Below, in pieces: positions 51,141 to 64,000 of a stretch of 64,000 nucleotides of DNA (position 1 is its first letter; every line of letters starts with the position of its first letter). Position numbers and translations under genes: made by a program. Source of the stretch: Sminthopsis crassicaudata. Its lineage: Eukaryota. The notes beneath the pieces are model-generated. The model was given only the letters and a program-made list of their open reading frames with translations. It searched no databases and was not told the DNA's origin. The stretch spans positions 189,689,198 to 189,753,197 of the forward strand of contig NC_133622.1 in the NCBI RefSeq assembly GCF_048593235.1. The letters run 5' to 3'.

Positions 51141-51194
51141 TAGAATTCTTCTTAGTAGTAAGAAGAATAGAATTCTTCTTAGTAGTAAGAAGAA
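51141..51194. repeat. Perfect 27-bp tandem duplication of a hairpin-forming unit
   Basis: tagaattcttcttagtagtaagaagaa x2; TTCTTCTTA-GTAG-TAAGAAGAA stem-loop. Confidence 0.95.
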
Positions 51195-51764
51195 GGTTTA
51201 CAACGAGTGTTACATATGCTAACACATTTAAGCCTCCCAACAACCCACTGAGGCAATCAAAAGACTTAATTCTTGCTACATTCAGCTGATGAAATCACAG
51301 ATCCATGTCCAAGAGAGGGTGGTTTGTGAATAGTTGGGCAGCTGCCAAACATCAGAGGCAACAGAGTAGGAGAAAGAGAATAGGTTTTGAAGCAGGAGAC
51401 TTGCTCTACTTCTAATTACCTGTGACCTTGAGTAAGTCCCTTTGCCCAAGTAATCCTCAGTTTCCCTTTCTTCTAAGTCCCAAAAAAGTGGACTTGTACT
51501 ACCTAGGAGGACTATTATGGGCTAAGTCCTTTGTAAGCCTTAAGATGCTATAAATAATAAATATAGCTAGAATTTAAACAATCCTTATGGGCTTGCAGAG
51601 TATTTTTACAAATATCTCATCAGCCTTACAACAGTCCTGGGAAGTAGATGTGATTATTACCTCCATTTCCCGGATGAGGAAACTGAGGCAGACAACAGTT
51701 AAGTAATTTGCCCAGGATCACATAACTAGTAAATGTCTGAGACAGGGTTCAAGCTGCTGATTTT

Positions 51765-52095
51765 TTTTGGTTACATATGTGCAATTCTTTTAAACATATT
51801 TCCATATTTATCATATTGTGCAAGAAAAATCAGGTCAAAAGGGAAAAAAAAACCTCAAAAAAGGAAAAAAAAAACCTAAGGAAACAACAACAAAAGGTGA
51901 AAATACTTGCTCTGATCTATATTTAGTCTCCATAGTTCTCTCTCTGGATGTGGATGGCACTTTCCATCACGGGTCTGTTGGAATTGCCCTGAATCACCTC
52001 ATTGTTGAAAAGAGTCACGTCCATCACAGTTGATCATCACGTAATCTTCTTGTAGCTGTGTACAATGTTCTCTTGGTTGTACTCACTTCACTCAG
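51765..52095 (-). mobile_element. L1 3'UTR fragment
   Basis: atatgtgcaattctt...aaaggtgaaaatact...ttgatcatcacgtaatctt. Confidence 0.75.
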
Positions 52096-55000
52096 GCTGC
52101 TGATTATTTTTAATGGTGTCATCACATTCCACTGTGGACCAATGAGCTCCCTTAGATCCCTCCAGCTGCCCACGTTCTGGGGGAAAAGAGCCAGTATGGC
52201 TTGTTTCCCAAGTTGAAGCCCCCATAGGTTTATTGTACTTCCATCTTCTTCTTGGGGGTCCCACTTCATCAGCCCAGCAACCCCCATCAGAGTCAGCCCC
52301 TGGACCTTTATTTGAAGGGGACAAAGTACAGTATATGTGGGGGTAGTCAGTTACAGGAACCAAGCTTCCCATTTCTCAGTGGGCTTGGCAGCAGTTGAAA
52401 GGATACAACTGCGTCTTCCAGCTGCTAGGGTTCGGGGACCTTCCAGTCATCCATCTCTCCTGACCCCAGCCTCGTAGGTCAGGCAGCTAGCTCTTCCTCG
52501 ATCACTCACCCCTTACTTCCCTGGCCCTAGAAGGCTTAGCTATGTATTTCTCGAGATCCTTTGGTCCCTAGAGGAACAGGGCTCTTTAATAATGACAATA
52601 ATAGCTTTCACATGGCAATTTAAGGCTTGTAAAGCACTACACGTGTTATCTCATCTCTGGGGAGCTGGAAGGGATTTTAGAAGCCATCTTGTCCAAGCTC
52701 TCACTTAACAGATGAGGATATTGAGACCCAGGTCACCTAATGAATGGGATGTCTGAATCCTGGTCCTCAGCTTCCAGGGCTAGGGCCCTTTTCCATCCTA
52801 CCGAGCTGCAGGTGCCTCCCCAGCAGTGACCCTGACAGGATGACAGTACAAGAGTTGTTTATACCCATTTTTGAGATAAGAAACTGAGATTCAGAGCAGA
52901 TCAATAACTTGGTCAGAATCTCAAGGATCAAGTAAGCAAATGACAGCCTTGGGATTTGAACTCAGATCCCTTGGGTACAAGGCAAGGGTTCTGTCTTTTT
53001 TCTTCATCAGTCACATGCTAGGTTGCTCCTCTTCTGCTCCTCTCTCAGTAAACCCAAGGGTCTTGTGAAAGTTCCTAATTTCCTCATAATTCATCCTCCC
53101 CCAACCCCCAGCACATTAAACACTTTCATCCTGACCCCACATCCTGTTTTACTATTGACCTAGCCCTTGCATTATTGAAATCACAGACTTCCAGGATTGA
53201 GAAGCACCCCAGAGGACATTAATCCAAACTCTGCCTGAATCACAAATCCCCTCTAAAACTTAGTGAGTGATCCAATGACTTCTTGGACTTCTCCAGTAAC
53301 AGAGCCCATCACCTGTGGAAGTTACCAGGACCACTTTTGGACAGTCCTGACAGGAAATCCTTCCTTTTGCTAAGCTGAAATCTGCTTTTTGGCAACACCC
53401 TATCTCCTCTCCCCTTTTGAGGGCTAGGAAAAATACACTGTACCCTTCTCCTCCACACCAAAGTCACTCACATAATTAAAGATGGCCATCATGACCACAC
53501 ACCCTTCCAATCCCCCATTCTCTTCTCCAGGTTAAACATCCCCAACTGATTTTTTCTATAGCTGCTCCCCAGCCACCCCCCTCCTCTGGACATCCCAGTT
53601 TGTCATCATGCTTTTTAAGGTGCAAGTGTAAAGAGTTCTGGGCTTGTTCTAAGACCCTTCCCAGACATTCTGATATTCTATTATTTTAAGTCCTAAGGCT
53701 TAGCATGAAGTTCTGACATTTTCTGAGCTCATGAAAGATTCTATAAGATGAAAATTGAAGGAGTTTTCAGTCCATCATCCAGATGTTTTGGCTTCAGTTC
53801 CTCACCCAGATGGTCTGGCTATATAATTCCTCATCCAGGTCCCTTTGCCAAAGTTCTGTATATGTGGAAACATCTGGGGATGGACAGAATTTTCCAGTGC
53901 ATAGCCAGATGTGAGGCTGCATGTAGACAAGAGGCAATTCATTTCTGGTGAATTTTATTTTTGGTTACCTTCATCCTTTTCGTTCTATTCCACTATGGGA
54001 TAGCATTAGTCTACAGAATTCTTCCTTATATGGATTTGAAATATGTCCCCTGATAACTCTACCCCCCCACTGGTCCTACTGCTGCTTTCTGGGGACAAAC
54101 AAAGCAAATCTAGCTCCTCTTCAAAATGTCAACCTTTCAGTTATTGGCTGGAGTTCAGTGGATTTGAAGACAAGAGATGTGAGTATAATAATAATAATTA
54201 ATGATAGTAATAATAATATTCGTATAGCTCTTTAGATTTTGTAAAGAGTTTCACGTATATCATTTCAGCCAAGTCCCAACTAGTCTCTTTACCTGTTGTA
54301 TGGCCTTAAGTAGATCACACTCCTCTCTTGAGACCCTTAGTTTCCTCTTCCGTGAAATGGAGATAACTATTTCAAAGGCTTATGAAGGGGACAATACTTT
54401 CTAAAATGCTTTGGAAATGTGAGCTCTTAGTACTTAAAAAAGACTCTTACTTCGAATAAAGTCTTCTTGCCTGGCTAAAACACTTCTTTCCACCCAATCT
54501 ACTCTGCAATGGCCCCTGAACTCCCACTATCCTAGATTGCCTTCCTCTACATTTGCTCAACTAAAGTCAGAACTCTAGATTTGATGGGGCAAACACCAAG
54601 TAGAATAAAACTATCAATCTCTCACTAACTTTTACTAGATCCCTTCCATCTTCATTTTCCTGCAATTCTCATCACTCTGTCACATTCTCATACACTTACA
54701 GTGTAATATCTCAGTTAACTAGAGCTCACTTATCCAATAGTCTTATCTATAAGGCTCCATCTTCAAAAGGGGAAGAAAGCAAGGTCAAAAAGTTTTTGAA
54801 GAGACAAATAGTGTCTAAATACAGTCTAAAGATGGTCTAAATATGGTGTCTATATATGATTTTTTGAATAAGTTTTTATTGTTTTTTGAATTATTCTTGG
54901 CTTTCCCATCATATCATCGTTTGCTTTTTCTCCCTAAGAGCCATTCCATTTACAAATAGTATCTTTTAAAAGTTGGGGAGAAATCATCATAAATGATTAA

Positions 55001-56274
55001 TACATTGAAAAAATTGTGTACTGTGTAACACTTGAGGACCTTTGATCTCCAATAAAGGGGATGAGAATTGTTTTCTCATATCTCTTCTGTTGAGCCACGT
55101 AACTGTCTTGTTTTGTGTATGTATGTGATTTTTCAATATTCTCTGTGTAGGCTTCTAATGTTAGATGCAGAGGTTCTCACTTGGAGCCTCATTTTATCCA
55201 CTAAACCTGGTGACCTAGAGATAATGGTTAAGTTATGTTCAACGAATTTCACTGGAGAAGTCGGCAACAATTTTTAGCATGGTAGAAAGGACATCGGGTT
55301 CAAAAAATCTGGATTTGAGTCCTTGCTCAGAATCTTGGCTAATTATTTTTCCTCTCTGAGTTCCAATTTCCTCCTATGTAAAGGTAAATGGATATTATGA
55401 TACTTGCTCTGTCTCCCTTTCTGAGCTGATATGAGGAAAATAGAATCTAGATCTGGAAAGGACCTTTGAAATAATTTATTCTAAGTCTCTCATTTTACAG
55501 ATAAGGAAACTGAGACCCCAAGCAGGAAGGGACTGTGTTAGGATCACTCAGGTGATAAACAGTAGAATTGCAATGTGAACGGAGGTCTTTGGACTCAAAC
55601 ACAATACTCCTTTCATTCTCCTTCACATTCACGTATGTGTGTGTATGTATATGTCACATGTGTGTATGCAATTCTTACTTCTGAAATATAAACCTTTGGC
55701 TCTAAAAGGCTCAAATCCTCAACTATCTGAAAAATTCTTATATTGTGGGTGAGCTGTCTGGATAAGCTGCCCATGTTTTCAATCAATAAACATTTATTAA
55801 GTACCTACTATGTGCCAGGCACTGTGCCAAGTTCTGGGGATACAAAAAGAGATAAAAGATAGTTCTTGAACTCATGAAGCTGACCATCTAATGGCAAGAC
55901 AACACGCAAATAAATATTCAAAGCTGTTTATTGCTGTATCTTTCTCCCTTCCTTGTCTCTCTCAAGAAAAGAATTTCAGAAGGATACAAGTTGGGAGGTA
56001 GAGGCAGTAGCCATAGTGTCAGTCAGCCAAAAAAAATGTATCAAACACTTACATGCCAGATACTGTGCTTAGTTCTGGGGATACAAAATGAAGCAAAAGA
56101 TAGTTACTAACTTTAAAGAGCTTACAATCTAAAGAACAGATGATGAGAGGGTTGAATTTAGGATCTAGGGAGATCTGAATGGGTTCAAACCCTGACTCAG
56201 ACTCACTGTCTGAACCTACTTAATTTCTCTGAAGGTTAGGAAATTCCCCAATAACAGTAAAGATGGGATAAATA

Positions 56275-56648
56275 GGAAAAAATAAATAAGAATGCCAAGA
56301 GCCAAGAGAGGAAGTGTCCTTTTTTTCCTCTTTAAAAAATTATTTTTAAAAAATTTTATAATTATAATTTTTTGACAGTACATATGCATAGATAATTTTT
56401 TACATTTTCCCTTGCACTCCCTTCTGTTCCGATTTTCCCCTTCCTTCCCTCCACCCCTTCCCCTAGATGGCAGGCAGTCCCATGCATGTTAAATGTGTTA
56501 TAGTATATCCTAGATACAATATATGTGCGCAGAAATGAATTTCTTGTTGCACCGGAAGAATTGGATTCAGAAGGTAAAAGTAACCTGGGTAGAAAGGTAA
56601 TAGTGCAAACAGTTTACACTCATTTCCCAGTGTTCCTTCTCTGGGTGT
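56275..56648 (-). mobile_element. Young 5'-truncated L1 3'UTR
   Basis: Near-identical family to 11720-12120. Confidence 0.8.
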
Positions 56649-57399
56649 AATGAGATGAAGTGTCTTGATTATACGAGAGCCAAAAGCTCAGTGTCACCAG
56701 ATGGAAGAATATATATGTATATGAGAAGACTGAAAAGGTAGAAGGGGATTGATTTAAGAAGGACTTTGAATGCTAAATAAAACATTTTGTGTTTGATTCT
56801 GGAAGCAATAGGGAACTACAGAAGTTTATTGAGTAGTGGCAGGGGGTGAGGGCTAGAGTAGGTGAGTGTGTGTGACATGATTGAATCTGTACTTCAGGAA
56901 AATCATTTTAGTGAGTGAAGGGGGAATCTGTTATAAATATCAAGCTTCAAGTTCAGGGTTGACATCCAGCTGCCAAACTTCCCAATAAGCCCCCCTCCCT
57001 CTTTAGGAAGGGACAGCCCTGCCTAGAAAGCCAGTGATTCCCTGAATGAAAATAATCCTGGTGTTCTTGAAGTCAAACAGCTGGTTCTGGCTGGCTGGGT
57101 TCAGGGTGTGAAAAGGTGAGTACAATGTGACTCTCCTATAGGGATGGTTTTTAACATCCCACTGGGGACAGCCTCGGATTTCTTCCCTAGAGTCACACAC
57201 AACTCAGCTGCTCTGCTCAAGGAGCCTCTCAGAGCTTATACTAATCCACCACGTGTGCAAAGAGCTTTACTGGCCCTATTCTGGAAATCTCTCATATCAT
57301 TAATGGCACTTTCAGCCCGCAATCCTATACAGCAGGTAGGGGGGCAATGTTATTGTAACCCATTTTACAAGATGGGAAACTGAGGCTTAAGATTTGAAG

Positions 57400-58985
57400 T
57401 GACTGCCAATCAAACTGCCAAAAATTATCTTAGACAGCTAGAAAAAGTAATAATATAATTCATCTGGAAGAACAAAAGGTCAAGAATATCAAGAGAATTG
57501 ATGAATAAAAAAAATAGAAAAGATGGTGACTTAGCAGTACTAGACCTAAAACTATATTATAAAACAGGAGTCATCAAAACCATTCGGTACCATCCAAGAA
57601 ATAGAATGGTGGATCAGTGGAATAGGTTAGATACACATGGCACAATAATCAGTGACTATAGTAATCTAGTATTTGATAAACCCCCAGTCTCCAGCTTCTG
57701 GGATAAGAACTCAGTATTTCACAAGAATTGCTGGGAAAACTGGAAAATAAAATGTTAGAAACTCAACATAGACCCACATTTCCTACTATATACCAAAATA
57801 AAGTCAAAATTTGTGCATAAAGAGTGATATCATAAGCAAGTTAGGAGAGCAAGGGGTAATTTACCTATCAGAACTTTGGAGAAAGGAGGAATTAATGACC
57901 AAAGAAGATCTAGAGAACATTATGAAATGCAAAATGGACAACTTTGATTACATTAAATTAAAAAGTTTTTGCATAAACAAAACCAGCAGAAACAAGATTA
58001 AAAGGGAAATATAAATCTGGGGGGGGGAATTTTCAAAGTCAGTGTTTCTGATTAAGGTCTCATTTCCAAAATATATAAAGAACAATGTCAACTTTATAAG
58101 AATTCAAGCCATTCTCCAATTGATAAATGGTCAAAGGATATAAGCAGACATTTTTTAGATGATGAAATTAAGACCATCTAAATCATATGAAAAATGCTCT
58201 AAATCACTATTGATTAAAGAAATGCAAATTAAAACTCTAAGGTATCATTTCACACATCTAAGATTGGCTAAAATGTTAGGGAAAGATAATGATAAATGTT
58301 GGAGGGGATATGGGAAAAGTGGGAAACTAATGCATTGTTAGTAGAATTGTGAACTGATGCATCCATTCTGGAGAACAATTTGGAATTATGCCCAAAGGGC
58401 TATCAAACTGTGCATATCCTTTGAACCAGTAGTGTCACTACTGGGTCAGTATCCAAGGAAACCATTAAGGAGGGGAAAGGACCCACATGTGCAAAATGTT
58501 TGTAGCAGTTCTTTTTGTGGTAGTAAATAATTGGAAATTTAGTAGATGCCCATCAATTGGAGAATGGCTGAACAAGTTGTGGTACATGACAGTAATAGAA
58601 TATTATTGTTCTATAAAAAATGATGAACAAGCTGATTTTAGAAAGTCCTGAAAAGATGTACATGAACTGATGATGAGCTAAACAAGCAGAACCAGGAATA
58701 CATTGTACACAATAAAAGCAAAAATGTGCGATGATCAATTATGAAAGACTTGATTCTTCTCAGTGGTTCAGTGATTCAAGGCAAACCCAATAAACTGGAT
58801 GAAAAACTCCATTTGCATCCAGAAAAAGAGCAATGGAGATTGAATGTAAATCAACACATGCTATGTTCACTTCATTTTCTGTTGTTGTTGTTTTTTCCCC
58901 TTTCCCACGGTTTTTCCTTCTTATTCTGACTTTTCTTTCCCAATGTGATTCATAAAGCAATGTGTATTTGAAACTTAGTTAGTTA
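57400..58985 (+). mobile_element. L1 ORF2 3' third plus 3'UTR, degraded
   Basis: Relic translations DLAVLDLKLYYKTGVIKTI, FWDKNSVFHKNCWENW and KCKMDNFDYIKLKSFC. Confidence 0.92.
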
Positions 58986-59720
58986 ATTAATTTTTTAAAA
59001 ATTGATTTGAAGTGATTAGACTACCAAGTCCTAAATTTCCCTGGTTTTGAAACCAGCACTTTTTTCTCATCTCTCTGCTTGTTTTTTGATTCTTCAAAGA
59101 GACTTTCAAGGAAGAGAGTGATCTATTACTCTAAAAAACCTATCTGAATCAGAAAGACTTTGTTTCAATAACCAAATCCCCATCACCCCCACATTCTAAT
59201 TCTGACCTTGAGTCAGATAGGAAGGTATTTAATCCACTATCTCTTCCAGTACAAGAGTCACCTCTATGGATGACAGGAGATGGCAGGAAGTTCAATACTT
59301 GTGAGGGCAGTCACTTCCCTTGTGGGACAGTTCTGTTTAAATTGAAATCTGCTTCTTTGTATCTTTGCCCTCATCCTCAGTTGCATCTAGATTTGCCTCT
59401 TGAGTCCAAGCCAAACAAATTTAATATTGCTTCCCCTTGAGGCAGCTAGCTGGTAAGATGGGTAGAACATGGAGCCTGGAGATAGGAAGACCAATCTGGC
59501 TTCAGATATAGTACTAGCTCCAGGCAAATCATTTAATTCTCATCTTTCTTAGTTTCCTCAGTGGAGATAATAATAACACCTACTTTATAAGGGTGTTGTT
59601 TCAAATTATATATTTGTAAAGAGTTTAGTATAGCAGCTGGCACAAAGTAGGTGCTTAATAAGTGCTTGTTTTCTCCCTCCCTCTCTTGATCCCTTCTTCC
59701 TTCCTTCTTTCTCTCCTCCT

Positions 59721-59864
59721 NNNNNNNNNNNNNNNNNNNNNNNNNNNNNNNNNNNNNNNNNNNNNNNNNNNNNNNNNNNNNNNNNNNNNNNNNNNNNNNN
59801 NNNNNNNNNNNNNNNNNNNNNNNNNNNNNNNNNNNNNNNNNNNNNNNNNNNNNNNNNNNNNNNN
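59721..59864. other. Assembly gap (N run)
   Basis: Run of n. Confidence 1.
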
Positions 59865-60111
59865 TTAAAGATAGTCCCTCATACAAGAATACAAGATATC
59901 TTTTCTCCAGGCTAAACATTCTTATTTCATCTAGCTCTTTTTTATATTACATGGTCTCAAGTCCCCTATCCATTCTGCTCACTCTCCTCAGGATATACTC
60001 TTTCCTTAAAGGTGGTGTTCAGAATTGAGCATAATACTTAGCTGTGGTCTGACCAGAGCAGGAGATGCAGGACTGAAATCTACTTCATTTTAGACACTTT
60101 GCCTTCATTTT

Positions 60112-60356
60112 TTAAAATAGTTTTTATTTACCAGATATATGCATGGATAATTTTACAACATTGACAATTGCTAAACCATTTGTTCCAATTTTTCCCCTCG
60201 TTCCCCTTCCCCCCCAGATGGCAGGTTGACCAATACATGTTCAATATGTTAAAGTATAAATTAAATACAATATATGTATACATGTCCAAACAGTTGTTTT
60301 GCTGAACCAAAAGAAACGGACTTTGAAATAGTGTACATTTAGCCTGTGAAGGAAAT
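60112..60356 (-). mobile_element. 5'-truncated L1 with 14-bp TSD
   Basis: tttgccttcatttt is present on both flanks. Confidence 0.85.
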
Positions 60357-60374
60357 TTTGCCTTCATTTTAAAA

Positions 60375-61270
60375 TAAATTTTTATTGACAGCTTTTATTT
60401 TTATATCACATATTATTATATATACTATATATTTATTATATCATATACATTTTCCCTGTATCTCTCCCCTCATTCTCTCCCAGAAAGGTATCCCTTATAA
60501 TAAAGAAAAGAAGGAAAAAAGCAAAAAAACCTAACTACCCCATCAAAAAAGGCTGATGTATACAGTGCTTCACATCCATAGTTCCCCATATATTTAAAGA
60601 AGTGGTGTGTAGATCTATTCTCATATCTCATATTTGGAACCGAGTTTGGTTACTACAATTTTGGCAATGTTCAGTTTCTGTTGTTTGTTGTTTTTTAACC
60701 ATTGACATTATTACAGTCGTCGTGCATATTATTTTTCTGTTTCTGCTCACTTCATTTTGTATCATTTCATATGTCTTCCCAAGCTTCTTTGCATTGATTA
60801 TAATAATTATTATATTATTGTGGCTAATTATAATCAGCTCAGAAATGCTCTATTATATTTATGCATAGCAACTTGCTTAGCCACTCCCCAACTGATGGAT
60901 ATCTACTTTTCTCCAATTCTTTGTTACCACATATAAAATTACTATTAGTAATCTTTCTTTTTTTGTCAATGACCACTTTATGCTTTATGCCTACCAGTGG
61001 AATCTCTGAGGAGAATGGAATGGAAATATTAATATTTCTCTTCCTGTATCTCTAAACTATTTTCCAAAATGGTTGAATCAATTCACAGCCTCCACCAACA
61101 ATGTATTAGTGTGCCTGTCTCTTCACAACCTTTTCAAAACTGATTATTCTTACTTTTTGCTATCTTTGCCTGACTGCTGGGTGTAAGGTTAAATCTCAGA
61201 ATTGTTTTTGTTTGTATTTCTCTTATTTATAATTTGGAGCATTCTCTCAAATCATCATCATTAGTTTACA
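60375..61270 (-). mobile_element. Older L1 3' fragment
   Basis: tttctgctcacttcatttt..., agccactccccaactgatggata..., gttgaatcaattcacagc. Confidence 0.7.
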
Positions 61271-61779
61271 ATTTGGGGTAAACACTTCATATGTATATTA
61301 TCTAACACCATGTCTTTTTAAATACATCCTACAATCATATCATTAATATAAATTAATGTTGACTAATGCATCTGATCATTCATATTAACTGAACCATAAC
61401 TCAAGGAAATGAGTGCTCGTCAAAAATATTTGCTATTGTCAAAGAAGAGATTCAGCTCATAGTTCAAGTGGAAAAAAAAGATTCCAAAGATAAGATGAGA
61501 GCCTTTAAATGCTCCTGATTCTGGATCATATGGTGCTAGTTACAGCAGGTCCCAGCACATTGGAAAACTTTCTAAATAGATCCATAATGATTCAGAGGAT
61601 TCCATCTAATAACCCAGGAAAAAAACAAAATGGATTTAAATTTTTATTTTTCAGATGACTATGTGTAGCAGAATGGATTTGTCCATAGCACTTTCCCATC
61701 AGTACTTATATATCTTCGATACTGTATATGAACAATAAATTGGAGAGGGGAAGCGATGTCTATAGTTTAACATAACATC

Positions 61780-62200
61780 AATATACATCCTTCTTTCCCT
61801 TCTATATCTAGATATGCATCCTTTCTTTCCTTCGACATCTCGATATACATCCTTTCTTCTTCTCAATTTCTTAATATTCACTCTTTTTCCTCTTTTTGTC
61901 TCAATACGCATCCTTCCTTCCCCTCTATATCTTGATATGCATCTTTTCTTTGTTTATTTTTACATACGTCTTTTCTTCCCTTCTAGATCTTGATATACAT
62001 CCTTTTCTCCTCTCAATTTCTTGTTATGCATCTTTTCTTCCATTCTATATCTCGATATATATCTTTTCTTCCTCTCAATTTCTTGATATTTATCCTTCCT
62101 TCCTCTCTATGTTTCAATATGCATCCTTTCTTCTTCTCTATGTTTCAATATGCATCCTTTCTTCTTCTCTATGTCTCAATATGTATCCTTTCTTCCTCTA
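61780..62200 (+). repeat. ~31-bp pyrimidine-rich minisatellite, about 13-14 units
   Basis: Unit approximately tctatatcttgatatgcatccttttcttcc; the last units are nearly identical to each other. Confidence 0.9.
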
Positions 62201-63698
62201 TAAATCAAGGAGTTCAAGTTAGATCACCACTTCTAAGGTTCTTGCCAATGGTAGCATAATACTCCAAGGTGTGTTCTGCTCCTGATCTTTGGGGTTCTTT
62301 ATTATTATATTTATATTGAGGTGATTCTGCATTTCGGTGATTATGGTACTTTAGCTGTACGAGCATCTGTGCATGTTTTTCAGGCATGCACTTTTGATTT
62401 CCACTGATGTCATCTCCTACTAAATATTCCTCTCATATAGAACTCTTCTCGATGACCAAGAAGTGCAATTAATTCAGCAAAGCAAACTGAGCCATTGACC
62501 ATGTCTAATGCAGCATAAGCCTCATTCTGCTCTGCAGCCCACCATGTCTCTACCAAAAGAAGAGAGGTATGTTTTCTCATTTGTTTTGGTTCTAGGTTTT
62601 AGCGGTTCCATGATTTCATCATTCTGTAATTCCGTGGTTCTCAGGGGTCCCCCCTCCCCAGAGCTGCTGCTCTCTTCCAGCACCCAGGACAGACCACGAA
62701 TAATTAGCTGAAATAGGGAGAGATGTGCTTTATAAAAAGAGGGGTGGGTGATACCGCCTGCCAATCCCTAACCATGTTCCAGACCCAGAGGCAACAGCAA
62801 AACCACGAGCACGCACTAAGCAACCCTCCCCCTGCCCCAGAGACTGAAGCTCTGGAGAAGCCACATAGCCAGGCGACTGACTGTCCTCCTCCAGTGCCTT
62901 GTTCACATCTGGGAGCCACCTTAGTAGGAGGAGCAAGAATGAAGTCTGGATCCAATCATGGCCAGGAGGAGAAAGGGCAGGGCTGCTCCTGCTTATGAGG
63001 AATGGGAGGAAAACTCCCAGAACAGCTATTTTTGGTTCCTAGTAACATGAAGTCACAAAAATGTCAGAGCTGGGAGGGATACTAGCTATGATCAAAACTT
63101 ACCATTTTAGAGAGGAGCAAACTGAGACTCTTTGACAGGATATGACTTATAAAACCATCAAATCTCCAAGTTAGAAAGCATCTCGGTCCAGATTAAATTT
63201 GAGCAGAATTTGACTCTATAGTATCCCTAAAATGTATTATGCAGACTCTCCTTTAAAAGTTCAAGTGATGGACTCATTATTTTTCAAGGAGGTCATCATT
63301 TTGGACAGCTCTTTTCCAAGGTCATACTAGAGCAACTTAGTGGCAGAACAGTGACAAATCCTTAATTTTCTCCCATATCATGGGGACTGCTGTGGAAGTA
63401 TGCTGGAGTACATGGACCCCTTTCCTACAATGATGCTTTTAAATGCATAAAACAAAATTCACTGGATTACAAAGGAAACTGTTTAAGTACAATTTACAAA
63501 ATATAAACTAAAAATCCAATCCACAGATTTCAGGTTAAAAACTTCTGCTTTATACTGTCTTTATGCAATTTATTATTATTATTAATTGAATATCCTGATG
63601 TCACAAGGCCCTGAAAACCCAAGAAAGAAGTTATAGGGCAGTAAGCAGGTAGCAACCAATCTTTATTAAACTATAATATTTCAAGAGCTAGCTTGAAA

Positions 63699-63704
<6 letters not shown>

Positions 63705-63740
<36 letters not shown>

Positions 63741-63742
63741 CA
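63705..63742 (+). repeat. (TAT)n microsatellite
   Basis: Seen directly. Confidence 0.95.
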
Positions 63743-64000
63743 TCCTATTAACTGTGATTTCACCTGGCAGCTTCTGAATAACTTACAAAATCTTCAAGAA
63801 GTCAGAGTTTGGGTCAAAAACCTAATCCAATTTAATAAGCATTTATTAAACATTTACTATAATCAAGGCACTGTGCTATGTACTGGGAATATGTAGGGGG
63901 AAAAAAAGTAAAAGGAAACAAATCTTCCCCTCAAGGGACTTTCATTTTCTCAAGTGGAATACAACATATTAACAGATGAGGGTCCCACCCCTGGTTCTTT

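Noticed and set aside
61699-62259. ORFs over the 31-bp minisatellite
   Set aside because: Repeat period is not a multiple of 3; low-complexity translation
1-64000. CRISPR arrays, rRNA, tRNA or snoRNA genes, and prokaryotic operons
   Set aside because: Eukaryotic repeat-rich DNA; no repeat-spacer array or structured RNA gene was recognised. The only tRNA-related sequence is the ERV PBS

Overview
Mammalian, almost certainly marsupial, genomic DNA. The Mar1-type CORE/RTE SINEs, abundant MIR/L2/L3 relics and L1 3' tails suggest a dasyurid such as the Tasmanian devil (inference). The window is repeat-rich and contains five N gaps. The only clearly identifiable gene is an intronless retrocopy of the CDK11 (PITSLRE, p110 isoform) kinase at 14638-16662 (+). 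Its 674-codon frame is intact despite heavy amino-acid divergence. All catalytic residues are kept, but the regulatory motifs are altered (PITSLRE->PINFLRE, DFG->DLG, G-loop T->R), the p58 start region has collapsed, and the C-terminal tail has decayed only after a new stop codon. About 380 bp upstream of the ATG, a ~100-bp copy of the gene's own coding sequence is inserted into a SINE. This copy carries ETS-like, CRE-like and a newly created TATA-like motif and is followed by a candidate 5'UTR intron, so the retrogene may have built its promoter from a piece of itself. Two more short, locally templated copies lie within 8 kb. The rest of the window holds an ERV 5'LTR with a tRNA-Lys PBS fused to an L1 tail, L1 fragments (some with TSDs), a hAT-like MITE, mini- and microsatellites, and several unidentified candidate exons. 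Repeat boundaries are approximate, and all comparisons with human CDK11 are from memory.
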